Assembly: GCA_002633005.1 (NCBI GenBank)
Contig: NMRA01000055.1
Span: forward strand, 1,189,429 to 1,253,428
DNA: 64,000 nucleotides
Direction: 5' to 3'
Origin: Phoronis australis
Taxonomy: Eukaryota > Animalia > Phoronida
In this document: positions 50,601 to 64,000 of the stretch, piece by piece
Layout of the letters: each line of letters opens with the position of its first letter
Numbering within the stretch: position 1 is the first letter of the stretch
The notes under the pieces: generated by a model
Told to the model about the DNA's origin: nothing
What the model saw: only the letters and a program-made list of their open reading frames with translations
Databases searched by the model: none
Position numbers and translations under genes: made by a program

Positions 50601-52134
50601 GAGCTTGCGAGTAATCCTTAAAAGACATTTTCTAGTAACAAGGCTATAGAGAATTTCTTTTATCATCCTTTACCCCTAACGAACACCTCCTGTTTGAATC
50701 TCACTTGTGTCGATGTGTATTCACAAGAATTACACACCACGAAAGCAACTTTTTCCAGTTTGCCCAAACACTAATGAAAGGAAATTGTTTGCTTGACGTG
50801 CAAATCTCTTTAGCTAAAAGGCGACAAATTGTTATTGCAGGTTTGCTTTTTCGGTTATTTTTCATTCACTGTATGAAGTTCTCAACAAATACGTTTTATT
50901 TCTAATAGTAGTACTGAGGCCATTTACACGTTTTGCTGTGTATACTTAAGTGTTGAAAGTATTGAGATTTGATAACAATTCACTCTATTTTATTAGTTTA
51001 TTGGCCTAAATTCAAGAAATAACATTTTCAAGTTTGGTGTAATTGGTAACATTTACGCATGAAAATTCACGGTCCCAATGAGAAGAGTGATCATCCTGTC
51101 GTTACGATCAAAATTCAAGTTCTTTGATCATTAAGTTCTTTGAAATATAGGTTTCCTGCGTTGTAAATTGGTTGGTAAAAGAGATTAACTAAAAGACATT
51201 GAGCCTGAATAACAATGGTGGGTGTTTGTCTTACAAATAAGATTATAGATTACAATGCATGATCGCTTGCTGAACACTTTCCAACCATCGATTATTAAAC
51301 TCTATCCTGTTTTCCTGATACTCCGAAACTTAAAACTTGCGATTGCTGATCCTTGCTTTATGCAAAAATTGTGTATTGTAAACTGGACTTTAACATGTAA
51401 CTGTTACCGCTCATTTCTGACCCGGGACACTTCCGGTGCCGAGTATGCGGTAGGGATGATCCTCCACATTCAAGAAGATCTGCAGCTTACTGGCCGATTT
51501 ATTATTATGAATTTCAGTGCTTATGGATATCCGTAGTCTGTTTATTAAATGCAACATCTACAAGATTTTCCACTGACTACATGAACATGGCATATCTTTG
51601 TAAGACATTGTCATATTTGTATCAACTTATCATATCTTATCCTAAAAAGGGACACTGTAGTGGCAGAAATCGTCGTTTTCGTTTCTGTCAGGTCCATTAA
51701 AACACACCTACAATCTTCGATTTCACTGCTAAACCCACATCACTTCCTGCAGGTATTAAATGGTAATAAAAAACTCACTATCTACCAATGATTATTATTT
51801 TTGTTATTATTGTTATTATTTTTATTATTATTATTATTATTATCTGCCGTGCTTTTGCGTTAATTGCTTTTAAAGTCGTTTCTGATGTGATATTTGCTCT
51901 GCTTGACATAGATGAATTTGGTTTAACCTTTGTAATAATGTCATAGGTTTACCACGTTCGTGTGGGTACAAATCTTTTATCAAAGAATCGTTGTTCCTAG
52001 ACCAGGCCTTGCAATGCGCCCGTGTTGGAGTGTGTTAAAGAGTGATGCTGATCAATAATGATTACAAGAATTAGAACTGATCCAATGAGCAGATGGAACT
52101 TAGATCAGATGATGTGACGATTCTATCAAACATG

Positions 52135-53235
52135 TGAAACTTCCTTTAATAACCGTTTAAAAGAACTCAAGCACTATCTAGTTCAACGTCATTTTCCCTT
52201 ACATCTTATACACAAACAGTTTGACAAAGTCCGTTCAATCACACGAAATGAGTCTTTAAGAACTAAAACTAAAGGCAATACTACTAAAAGAATACCATTC
52301 ATAACCATGTTCAATCCATGTTTAAACGGAATTAGCCACGTCTTCAGAAAACATCTTTTCACGCTGAATATTTCCCCTCAAATGAAAAACTTATTTCCTC
52401 ACCCACCTATAATTTCTTGGAGAAAATGTAAAAATCTAAAACATTACTTAGTTAAAGCTAATATCGACTTCGTACACCAAACTGACAAACCTATTGGCAA
52501 CACACAATGTAACAAAACTAGGTGTAAAATGTGTAACTTTATCAACGATAGCACTTTTTTCCAGTCTTCCCAAACCAATGAAACCTTTGAAATAAAATAT
52601 TATTCTGATTGCATCACCGACAATATTATTTACCTTATAACTTGTAAAAAATGTTCTATCCAATACGTAGGACGAACTCAACATACTCTACAAACTCGAT
52701 TTCGTAACCATAGATTTAACATAATACATAAAAATATTGATATGCGCTAACTGCGAAGCGATACCGAAGCCAGTTTACAGTGAAACAACACGTGTAGATG
52801 AGATAAAAGGTAATATATACATGTATTATGACAAACTCAACTACTACAGATATCGGTAATTACAAAAGTTACATAATATGTTGAACTGTAAAGGTGGCTG
52901 ACAATCTGCCACAGATGCAGCAGAAAGATACTATAGGTAATCATTTCAATTCCAAAAAACATAATATTCAAGATCTTTCTGTACAAATAACAGAAAAACT
53001 CCAAGACCCCTCAAAGACTCAAAAGAGAACAATATTGGCTAGACAAGCTCAATACAATAGAACCTCATGGACTGAACATAAAAACTTCTTGAAATATATC
53101 TTTGAATTTTTACGCAAAAATGTATCATATTCATTACGCCACATCTTAAATGTCAATTGTCATAGAGTGTTTGATTTTACTTTATTTCTGTTTCTGTTGA
53201 CAAAGGACGTTATTACATCCGAAAATTTCAGTTGA
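52135..53235 (+). mobile_element. 5'-truncated Penelope-like retroelement (RT thumb plus GIY-YIG endonuclease), degenerate
   Basis: LKELKHYLVQRHFP...RIPFITMFNP...PPIISWRKCKNLKHYLV...CNKTRCKMC...NIIYLITCKKCSIQYVGRTQHTLQTRFRNH. Interrupted at ~52742-52926, resumes DTIGNHFNSKKH...(frameshift)REQYWLDKLNTIEPHGLN. Confidence 0.9.
53194..53231 (+). ncRNA. Minimal type-I hammerhead-ribozyme-like motif at the Penelope 3' end
   Basis: CTG-TTGACAA-A-GGACGT-tatt-ACATCC-GAAA-AT-TT-CAG: U3/A8 core variant, stem II with one mismatch, palindromic AATT stem III. Confidence 0.45.
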
Positions 53236-56200
53236 TCCATTCTTGTTGTTTTATTTACCTATTTATAATCTACATTTCGTGAAACAATAGTATCCTTGGG
53301 AGGATCTGGATCACCTTATTTAGTTTCAGATTTATCTTCTACTTTGAAAAGTGAGAAACTTAAAAAAGTTAACCATTCTTTGCTTCCAGGAAGGTAGCGA
53401 TTTGTGTGAACTATTTTGGGTACACACAAAGTGTGAAAAAGTTGGCAACGTTCAGTTGTCACATCTGCAGATTGCGTTTGTTGGTATGTGTGTTTACTAA
53501 AACAGATGAGAAAGTGAGTGTAGATGCATTATTCGTTAATAATGCTATAAAATGCATACAAGAAGTATGCCAATTATTCGGACACAAAGCTTTTAGCCCA
53601 TTCTAGAACATGATGCATGCAAGTCAGTGGATGTAAAAGAAATGCTCTATTTGAAGATTGTTCACACGGAGCCAGATACACAAGACTTTCCTAATGTTTT
53701 AATAACTGCATATACATGTGGCCAATACAGAGGCTAATCCATCAAGTGTTTTGTATCTCAGTCTACCATTAAACGTTGTAGTTTTGGTTTGTGTAGCAGG
53801 TGTGACTTCCCAGTTCATCAAGCAAGAATAGCCTGTCTGTTGTCAATACTTTCAGCCTTAATACAGAGTTTTCACACTCCAATATTCCAGGCACAGTGCA
53901 TTTTGATCAAGTTTGCACTTATTTGTTCAGAAAATTCATTCTACTTTATTTTTATTTCTTGATTCAAACATAATCTCTCCTAGGGTAATGATTCTTTAAT
54001 CTTGTTAATCTTGTATATAGTATTTCAAATAATTATTTGTTTTAATTTCATATTTATTTATTTTATAACTTATGTATTTATTTGTGGGTATACATATACT
54101 AACCTGTGGCTAATATTTTTCTTTTGTTTTACTGAAACCAACTATAAATAGACTGATTTGAAAAAAATGACTTGTCATGAGTACTATTAATCTTATAGAT
54201 TTTCATATCACTTTTTGTAAGCATCAAATTTCAGGGTATTTATTTTGATTCACGATAGTTGTTGGCGGCTCACATGAGTCTTACATCAAAACTCATACTT
54301 TAAATACCCATTTAAAACCGAATTAGGTCACACTTGTCACTTCCACTCCATTCCATTCCATTCATACACTTTCATTATTCATTGAAACAATGATCAGTGC
54401 CAAACATTACCAGGCAAGTCGCACCAACTTATTTATTGGCTTCAACCAATCTGACTAAGGAACTCCTTGGGACCACTGTAAATACATTTGTTGAAATTGC
54501 TTAACTTCAATAGAATTTTTATTTTATATGTATTGGTTTAACCACAGAGTCCAAGCAATAAGATAATGCCACTTTAAACACTCAAAAGTAGGCCCGTCAA
54601 ATGATAGGTGAAGTTGCCTTTTCGTGCCATTTTGAGTCACCGTGAGAACTACGCACAAACAACAAACAGGCAATAACATTTGCATTGATTAGGGTACTGC
54701 ATAGAACACTATTGCATGTGAGTGTTATTCACAGCTGCTTAAATAGAGCTGTCCCACATTACACATCTACACTCGAATCTAACTCTATATAACCACAATG
54801 CCATAAACATGCGTTAGGCACATTTGTTGCCTCGTTTAATTGCTACTGGAGTTTTACATGTTATACATTGTTGTCTGAGTTTAAACAAGTTTTTCTCGAT
54901 TGCATTACTCTATTCGTCCGTCCAGTGACAACGAAGTATCACTGCTGTGCTGTGGGCTGTAACTCTGACGTGAAAAAAGTAAGAGACACGAAAATGTGCC
55001 TGATTTTCAAAACTAGGTCACGCGCTTTATTATCTCTGGGAAAAGGGGAGTTCTGTCGCCATGAAATCCGGGATGACCCTAATAATAGTTGATTCTCGCG
55101 GTGACATAGATAAAAGTAAGCCATTAAGTTTAACACTTCATAACATATGGCAGTTCATGGCATTGATGGGCTCAGAGGGATGCTCTCAACATACTCTAGA
55201 AACCAACTTTACATGTTTTACAATTCAACATCGGCTTTAAACTACTACACTTTCAACCTGCCATAACACTAAAGAATTGTATGTTAGGTGTTTGCTATTG
55301 GACATCCACAGGCCAGCAAGTGACGTCAGGCCATACCTTGTTAAGAGTCTGCATTAGGTGTTGCTTGAAGTGATTGTAAGATCTTTATCACAACGGGTGG
55401 TGTGAGCAAAATGTCTGTTAAATGTTCTTGACACATGGATCCAAATCTTGCAAAGATCTGAAGCAAGTTCCCGGTTTCCTTTTCAGGCACAAAACGAGAT
55501 CTTTATAACTGGTAAAACAAAATAAACATTTCGTCATAATAATTTACCGTCCTAGTCCCCTTTGCCATCTCCATCTCTGGCAACGACGTTGTGACGCACA
55601 TGTGTCATTATTGGAAAAATGGCATTTATAAACATACACGTGGCCTTATAGGTATAATACACATCCCCGACAGGATAATGTCAAGGTTCCTATCACAAAA
55701 TGGCACCAGCCGAGTTTGATTGCTCATCCCATTTAGTAAAACACATAAAATTTACAAGCGGTACATTGAGTACAAATTGCAATTTTTATTCAACTCTTTC
55801 AGGTGACATGGAATAACCTTCGTCTTTTCAAAATTGAACTTAAATACCCAATTTGGCTTGTCGCCCACTACCTAAATTATGAGTTTTTCAATTTAAACAC
55901 CCCACATAATAATCGATGGCCCGCATCTCAATTTTAGAGATCAACCTTACAGTTTTGCACATGTACCAGGGGCGGACCCAGGATTTTGTGTTAAGGGGGG
56001 GGCAGCCTAAAATGTAGGGATGCAGGGGTCTCGAATGTTTGGGTTTGCGGACCTTTCGACTAAAAAAAAAACGGTAATCGGGGTTTTTTCATGGCCTATG
56101 CATTGTTTATTCACCCAGTGAGCGCCCCTGGTTGCACACAAGTCCTTGTCAGCAATTCGCACCGGATGCCAAATGGTATCTGGTACAATTTTAGGGGGGT

Positions 56201-56970
56201 CCATGGCGCCCTTGGCCTCCCCCTAAATCCTCCACTGTGTATAGTTTAAGGACAAATTAAAACAAACTGGTGGACAAGACTCACTGTAATTATCTCCTGA
56301 GTTTCTCCAGATAGTCTGTCTATACAACTTTGTCACATACCCATCTTCTGTTGCGCACTTCTTGAGAGTCACCAACTCATTGTACTTCATTGGCATCTTT
56401 CAGAAATGCTTTTTAAAAAGCTATCGGAGAACCACACCACAAAACCTCTGGCTGCAACTGGTAGTTTCACAAGCGAACACTGAAATTATGTACGAACTAA
56501 AAATGATGAGGTACAGACTACTTTTTGCCACACAATATTCTTATAGATAAACTGACAATTGAGAGAGTGGGGTAAGACGGCACCCTTAACTTTAAAGATC
56601 CATTACCCAAAAAGTATACAATGTATGTACAACGAATTAATCATGTTCGGAGAGCTTACCTTGTAGTTTATAAAAAACATAATTAGTAGAATTGAAATTA
56701 CACCCTCTTGGCCCAAGACAGATTTGACTTTTTAAGAGGTGCTAAGCTGTTTTACCCTACCTTGCGGTTAAGACGGTCACTGCAGTTTGGTAAAACGGCC
56801 CTGCTACCACAAACACAGATTAAATGTAATCATCGATTTATACAACAAAATTTCACAATTAACAAAAGTCTTTTTCTTCTTTAGTTTTAAATCATACATT
56901 ATACAATATGCGTTCTTAGCTTTTAAAAACTTTACATGACGAAACTGGCAGTTTACATTTAATGTAGCAA

Positions 56971-59795
56971 CCCATATGAAAAAGTACACTGGACTTTCAG
57001 TTGGGACAGGAATTGAAATTCAATTGAGGTTCAATTGAGATTCAATTGAAATTNTGGGAATCTGAGTTCATTTTCAAATAAACCAGAGCCAAGCCGGTAT
57101 ACTCTTTCATTTAGGACTGTCACTGTTCTTTGAAGTGGTGCACATGCGTGAGTTCACGCACTTGAATCGCTGGAGTAGGCCTACAGTTTACGAGTTGGCA
57201 ACAACGTGTGAAAGACAAATCATATTTCGCGCACGTAGCCCCAGAAACAACTAAAGGGTTTGAGAATTTCTTGGCAACTGAAAGTAAAGATGTGACCGTC
57301 GTTTGGCGACTAATAAGGTTGTCATTTTCACTTTGGCTGTCTTAATACGATAAAAAGGAGAAGCACATCTCAGTCTAAGTCACGATTGTCTGCCGGGACC
57401 ACTTGCGCGCTAACGGTACCGCAGTGCGATATCAGGGATATTGTCGTGGATATTTGGTACAGGTAATAAGGACATCTTATGTGAAAAATAAACATTTTTG
57501 TCCACCACAAAGTTTGGTAAGTTGATCATATGAAAAAGTACACTGGACTTTCAGTTGAGACAGGAATTGAAATTCAATTGAGGTTCAATTGAGATTCAAT
57601 TGAAATTCAATTGAAGTTTTTGCCATGTAAATGAATTGATTCAATTCATTAGCATATTCAATAGCCATTCAATAGGAATTCAATAGCCGTTCAATTCTCC
57701 ATGCAGTACAGGATCATCCCATATTCAATAACCATTCAACAGCTGTTCAATAGCCATTCAATAGCCGTTCAATGGCCATTCAATAGCCGTTCAATGGCCA
57801 TTCAATTTCTCTAACTGTACAGAATATTTTGAATTTCAAGTATTTTCTATAATAAATTAACTCTTTCAAAAATAGGATGTATTGTTGTTAACCTGTTCAA
57901 GAGATAGGAATAGTTCACAATCTTCATTCAACAACCTGGCATGCACGAATAAAATCAAATCATAGACAACTGAACATTTCGAAACCTTAAATCGAAACTT
58001 GCACAAGTATTGCAATTATCATACGGCATCAGTCAAAGAAAAACAAAAACAGAGCCTTAGGCATTTAAATAGTAGCAGGCTTTGTAAACATTTTGAAGAA
58101 TCTAATGTTGACTAATTGTAGATTGTTTTTTCAACATTTGTATGCTGAGCCTCGTACATGAAATAATCATATGACGCTATGAACTTAGTTGAACACATCC
58201 ATACGTTGAAGGGTAAAGTAGTATTTTATATCCAGTTAGCTAAATAAATGTAGGCGATAAGATAAAAAATAATAATTTAGGGCATACAAAGCTATAGCAG
58301 CAAAATATTAGTTGTCTTAAAAGCACGGTCTACATGTGATACAAAACCTTTAAATGTCGGCATTGTACAGCCTTTCATGGTCTCTGCAGAACTCTGGAGT
58401 CCGCACTTTTCAGAGTACTGAGACTTGATATAATCCATTAATTTGAGGGATCTGTCCACAACAGGAACTGATGACCGCGGCACAGTGTTGGTGGGTCAGT
58501 GGGCATTAGCTCCCAAGAGTTATAGTCTTTCACTTTATCATGCATGTTTTCAAAGTCTTCTTCTGTACTAAAAAAGTTGAAAAATATCCAGTTAGAGGGT
58601 ATCAAATAAAGTATGAAGTAAATTTGAATTATGTATTGAGCTTGTTGCTCAGGAAATACATGAATGCTTTCTTAGTTAATTAGCCATAGTCTTTAGAAAA
58701 TTTAATATGCTTTTGACTAAGAGCATTAATAAGGGGGTTATTTGCTACACTAATGGAAACTCATAGCTGAAGTTTGATTTTTAGTCGTATGAGCGGAACA
58801 GTTAATTAAACCATACTGCAGAGACACTACAGATAGATGACTGGCGGCAATGGCAAACCTCTAATATCCGATACATCTCTTACTAATAGTGCCTATAGCT
58901 CAATTATTTAGTTTCAGTTCATGTAACAAAAATAAAAATTTACTTTTCTCTCATTGCTCTGATGTGAGAATTTTAACACAAAATCATAACAACGTGTTTC
59001 TAAGTCTCAAGTAATTAAAGTAAATAAAATATGTTAGGTCAAAACACGATTAACTGACACTTGTCTTGGCAACTACATGCACATGCAGGTTTTGGTCTGT
59101 AACCTAACACATTTTGAAATCTGTGCTCTATACTACTTAACTTCCATAACCTTAATCAATTGAATCAGTTAAAAAAACTTCCTTTTTGTTTGCAAGACTA
59201 AAGCTACTCATTCATAAGTGAAACATAAATGTCACTTAACAATCAAATTGACAAAAATACAATGTTGAAATCAAAAACTCACCATTTAATGTATTCAGTT
59301 CTTCACTATCCATGCAGAGTTTATGCTGGACCAAAACCGTTTGAGAGGTTTGAAAATCTTAAAGGTCACTTTCCAGGGATGTAACCTTGACAACCAATTG
59401 GTAACACATGTTTAAAATAAACATTGCTGGTAACTTGTTAAATCAAACCATCCAGAAATTCCCTAAGTCTTGAAATTCAATTGCCATTCAATTCCATGAC
59501 ATCCTGAAATTTTCTAAGTCCTCAAATTCAATAACAATTCAATTCCGAACGGCCAAAATTTTTCTAAGTCCTGGAATTCAATAGCCATTCAATACAGAGC
59601 AGCTAAAAATTTTCTAAGTGCGGAAATTCAATAGCCGTTCAATAGCCGTTCAATAGCCATTCAATTGACGGCAAGGGAAGTGCCAATTGAATTTTCATTC
59701 AATAGACATATTCAATAGAAATTCAATTTTCTATTGAAATTCAATTGAATTCAATTGAATCTCAGTTGAAACTCAACTTTTCCTTTTCGTATGGG
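56971..59795. mobile_element. EnSpm/CMC-like DNA transposon with TIR CCCATAYGAAAA, AA 2-bp TSD and subterminal TTCAATAGCC/TTCAATTGA arrays
   Basis: aa|cccatatgaaaa ... ttttcgtatggg|aa. The left end is repeated at 57527 after the N at 57054. Arrays at ~57560-57810 and ~59470-59770. Confidence 0.72.
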
Positions 59796-62700
59796 AACTA
59801 ACAATAAATTTTCCACCACAAGCAGTCGCTAGAGGCAGAGGTCAAAAATGTAATCTTCGTCATCGCTATCTACCCCGGCACATTGGTCATTAAATCTACG
59901 CTTCAAAGTAGTTCTCGGTACTCCAACCGCCTTGCAGCAGTTTTACAGCCCATCTCCCTCCATGTCATTGCGGCTATTGCCTTCTCCATGTCCTCCCTTT
60001 CCCACGCAATTCTGCAAGACGTTCTTATATACTTCCGCGGCATTATCTACAAAACAAAATATCAAAAATCATTGTACAGTGTATTTCTGCTATGTATTAC
60101 ATGTGTATGGGGTAAAACGGTCACCCTGTCCGTCTTATCCCACTACCTAGCGGTCCGTCTTAACCACAATCAAGGCTTCAAGCATGCACCGATAAAACTA
60201 CTTAAGATACAGTCAAGTGACTTAATTATCGGACGTTTTGGCACATTTTGCATTATATTTGATTGAAAACATTACGGATTGTTGTAAATTCTTTGCTGAA
60301 ATAAAGATTTACCTTCACGGAATTGTTCTGTTACTATATCTTGTCACTGAAAGCCACATTTATGTTCCGACTGATCTTCAAAAAACACAACAACCAAACC
60401 TTCGGAGAACCTAAATATTGGACACCATGTTTCTCCATACGCCACACCGCGGAAAACTGACTAACCACGTAATGGCCGCGGGCACCTTGTCGCCAAATTT
60501 CAGCTCGAGTGTTTTGACATATATGCTGCTAGAACCCAGGTCCATTCGCAACAAAATTATCCATGAAATGAAATCTGATGACGGCGCCAAGTCGTTTCTA
60601 TGAATTAGTGCAGACAACTAAGGCACGTGCAAACTCACTGCAGTTTTTAGTATCACTTAGGCTTCTTGATATGACACCCGACGTGCGCGGTCGGGATTTG
60701 ACTTGAGTTGAAAAACAAACGAAAAAATGGAACAGTGACATATTGTCTGTTCAATGAGATGGTTTCATTGTGGAAAAAGATTTTATTTTCAACTTTTATA
60801 ACCGATTTATAGGATCGTCCATTTTAGGCCGACTTGGGGATCTAAGTTGCACCCTCTCGGTGAAATCAAAACGAGGCAACGCTGTAAAAAACGAGGTGCC
60901 GGACATTGAATGCATTACAACGGAACAAAAATTGGTGTCATTTAAAGTGTAAATTGCAAGGTCTAAGTATGTTAAATTGTAATAATATTTTCAAGATATT
61001 GTTAGTTGGATATATCTTCGTCCAATTATCATGTTATTGTGTCTGTAGTTACGTTAAAAAGCGAAAATTAAAAAAAATCCGCGAAAAGTTGACCTTTGAC
61101 AGCGTGACATGGTGTTGGGGAACACAAACTAGATCAATATCCCACAATGCAGTTTACCGCCCATACAAAACAGTGGAAGANGTGCCCCTGTTTATTTTGT
61201 TGGAACTGACCAGATTACAATAACAAAATGTCCAGTTACTGGGAACATTCTACCCTGTTACTATCACTGTGTTCACTTGAAATACTGCCTTGGTATTACA
61301 CAGGTATCATCTCTGCTGCTCTCACAGTTCTTGAAGTTTTTATTATGGAGGATAGTGTGGATACTGATGACACTGGTCACATTTAGGTTAATGGATATGA
61401 TATTGTGGATACTGATGGCACTGAGTGGTCAGGTTTAGATACAGATTTCAATGATCTAGATTATAATGAGGATATGCCACACGGAAAACTTTCCTGACAT
61501 GTTTTCTGGAAATCTAAATGGATTATTTGTAAACAGTCGTCTTTGTTTCTGGAAAACAAAAACTAAAACTGCTTGTTCAACCCTTTATCAGTATTAAACT
61601 TGGATAAATTTTATATCAATATAATGCTCATTTACTCAAGATGTATTGTTGAAAATTTGGTAAGTTTATGTTTATTGATGACTTAGTAACGAGGTTTTAA
61701 TTAAGTGCAGTGCTTGTGACCTAGTTCTGAGTGAAATACCCTCCAACTTCAAGGGGGTAGACATTCCACAGCTCAGCCAGGCCACTAAGCAATTTATACC
61801 ATATGGCGCTCAGGGTCAATATGAGTTAGTAGTGACTTGAATTCCACCCAGTGAGCAAAGGGAATTTATATTATATAGTTAATAAGTTCACCACCAAGTG
61901 AAAAAGCCAAGAAGCAAAGTAAAAAGCGAACTGTAAAACATGCTGTCTTTGAATGAATATTAGGTCATTTGGAGGGCTTGATTTCCTTGCAGTTATATTT
62001 GTCATATCATTTTCGCACATAAATTTCTTCATGTGATTGTTATTTAGATGTGCAGGTCCCTTTGCTATGCTATGCAACTGTTATAGATATTACACAAAAT
62101 CCGTACAAACTTCCAACCCTGTTTGGATTCAGATTCAGTTTACTGACTGCGTGACTAGTTGAGAATTGTTATAGTAGTTATTGCCCTGCAGCCTAACTGT
62201 GATCTAGAACTATGTTCAGGTAGTGGTTAAAGTTTCATCAATTTCTAATTTTATTTGGCTCTGGTGAAATCTTGTCCAAAGTGATGAAGAAAATCTTAAG
62301 TATAAATTGTAAATCACTCAATGTTACGTAATTGTATGACATAGAGCTTTTTGACCTGAAGACATAATGTTTTTCTAGAATCACTGTAAAATGATAGCAG
62401 CTGTACTAAATACTGCCAGTCAAGCATCAATCACCCTATTGCCTTAATTGTGAAAAATCGTAAGTGTGCATCCCTATAATCCAATCTACCTTTCAGAAGT
62501 CCTCAATTTGTTCTCAGTTTTTACGTAATGAAGTGCTTTTTGTGAAATTGCAGTGACCCTTGATCTGCCTCTTGTCACGTGGATGTTGCTATTTTTGTCT
62601 TGATAATACAACACCAGGCAGTTACACATGCAACACTACGGATGACTCAAGTGCTGCGAAAAGTAGTAAAGACGGTATATAATAAGTTTTACATTTTATT

Positions 62701-62975
62701 CTGTTACTGCCTTCTTGGTGTGAATCAATGTGTTCACCAATTTAACTCACCTTTGGAAATTGAAAAGTTAATATTTGCTGTTCAAAGTGTCTCTGAAGCT
62801 ACTGTTTTTATCTTCATTGAAAATTTTGTTTTTGTTTAATATTTCCTTAGTTTGTTGTTAAAATTTCTAGCCAATTTTTATAAGTTGATATTCAGTGTCA
62901 TTTCTTACCCCGTCTGTGTGGAGAACTACCATCAGTGAAGCATTCAGGTGAGATCACCGCTCTCCCTTGTTTCAG

Positions 62976-63809
62976 GTAACTGCGCAGGTGGTGTGGGTGG
63001 CTCCATCCGGTGGGACTCAGAGTGAGGGTGCCCTTCAGACACGCCAGGGTCTGCTGCGCTTGGCCGCCTCTAGCAAGGTGTACCGCTGTAAGCTGCACAA
63101 GTGCCCACTGCATCACAAACAGCAGCTGTTGAGTCTGGAACAGGCAAAGAAAAAATATGTTGCAATGCACAAGAGTGAGTGTATGAAATGCAGTGAAACT
63201 TCTTTAAAACTTACAACGGAAGCTGGATATCCAATAAAGACTAAACTGCCACACATATTATGTAGAAGGCGGAGAGTCATTAAGATGAAAAGAATGATTT
63301 TATTATATAATTTTGTTAATGAACTGTGTTTTTTGAAGTCGTGTACAATTAGTGCCAGTGTAAATGACTTGGAAGTCATAGAAAGTTTTACTTATTATGT
63401 TCTGTTTCACTGTTGTGGTGTGTATTACTTTTCTTTTGCTGTCTTTTCTGTCTCCAAGGTAGCATAATTGAATTGTAGTCACATTCTAAATTTTGTTGAT
63501 TTTACAACAAGAATGTAGTTTTTTTGGCTTTGAAAACCATTGTTCTAAAAGGTATACTTTTTCAATTTAGACTCGAAAATGCAAGAGATGGATCTTGTGC
63601 AGAAGCTGAACGACGCTAGCAAGAAGGCGGCCGAGGCGCTGCTCAGTCAGAATGGGGACCAGGTGTTACCTAATCAATTGAAACAGCACTCGGCCAAAGT
63701 GAGCACTTGTCACATCCTGGTCTTTGAGGTCATTAAGGTCATCATGAGCTGCAGCAAAAGAATGACCAAGAAGGAAATCACTAAAGGTTCCAATAGAATA
63801 ACTAGATGA
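62976..63809 (+). CDS. Unidentified spliced coding fragment (exons 62976-63174 and 63571-63809), possibly transposon-derived
   Basis: tgtttcag|GTA...AAGA|gtgagt joins tttag|AC in frame: ...YRCKLHKCPLHHKQQLLSLEQAKKKYVAMHKNSKMQEMDLVQKLNDASKKAAEALL... GC-rich relative to flanks; no family recognised. Confidence 0.4.
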
Positions 63810-64000
63810 GAAGTAATTCTGGCCAAGAGCTGTCGTGGAGTGAGACAGTATGGTGTTAGGTTTTAGTTGGTCATATAATATTCGTTTTTAGTTTTTGTCG
63901 TGTCAAACCTTATTATGTGCGACATGTGTTTCGTATATTGAAAGCTTTTTAGACGCTTTTATTTTTCTGTGAGGTTTCCCATGCATTTCACTTTTAAGCA

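Noticed and set aside
57560-57810. TTCAATAGCC 11-bp array as CRISPR or iterons
   Set aside because: No unique spacers; explained as subterminal repeats of the EnSpm-like element.

Overview
AT-rich, intron-rich animal genomic DNA, probably an invertebrate deuterostome such as a hemichordate or echinoderm (inference), from a heterozygous draft assembly with single-N joins at 7284, 29573, 41595, 57054 and 61181. Most ORF-track entries are noise; the genes appear only after manual splicing. Left to right: (1) the last exons of IFT52 (+); (2) a complete 4-exon, 160-aa SAMD15 gene (-) whose 3' half appears twice, most likely as an uncollapsed haplotype; (3) a ~510-bp head-to-head intergenic region with RFX X-box-like motifs toward SAMD15 and ETS plus tandem NF-kB-like motifs toward (4) two tandem 7-exon paralogs (15043-25014, 587 aa; 31416-44018, broken by a gap). 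These encode an unusual cytosolic protein: N-terminal TIR domain, ankyrin/UNC5-type ZU5-like domain, UPA-like domain and a basic tail with a conserved P[KR][YF]NPDGVxxARHLT motif, with no death domain. This pair is the best candidate for an undescribed innate-immune signalling system. The rest is transposon-rich: a Helentron-type non-autonomous element, a Penelope GIY-YIG fragment with a hammerhead-like end, an EnSpm-like element, several MITEs and ISL2EU-like ends. An unidentified spliced coding fragment lies at the far right. Domain and gene calls come from remembered motifs, not database searches.
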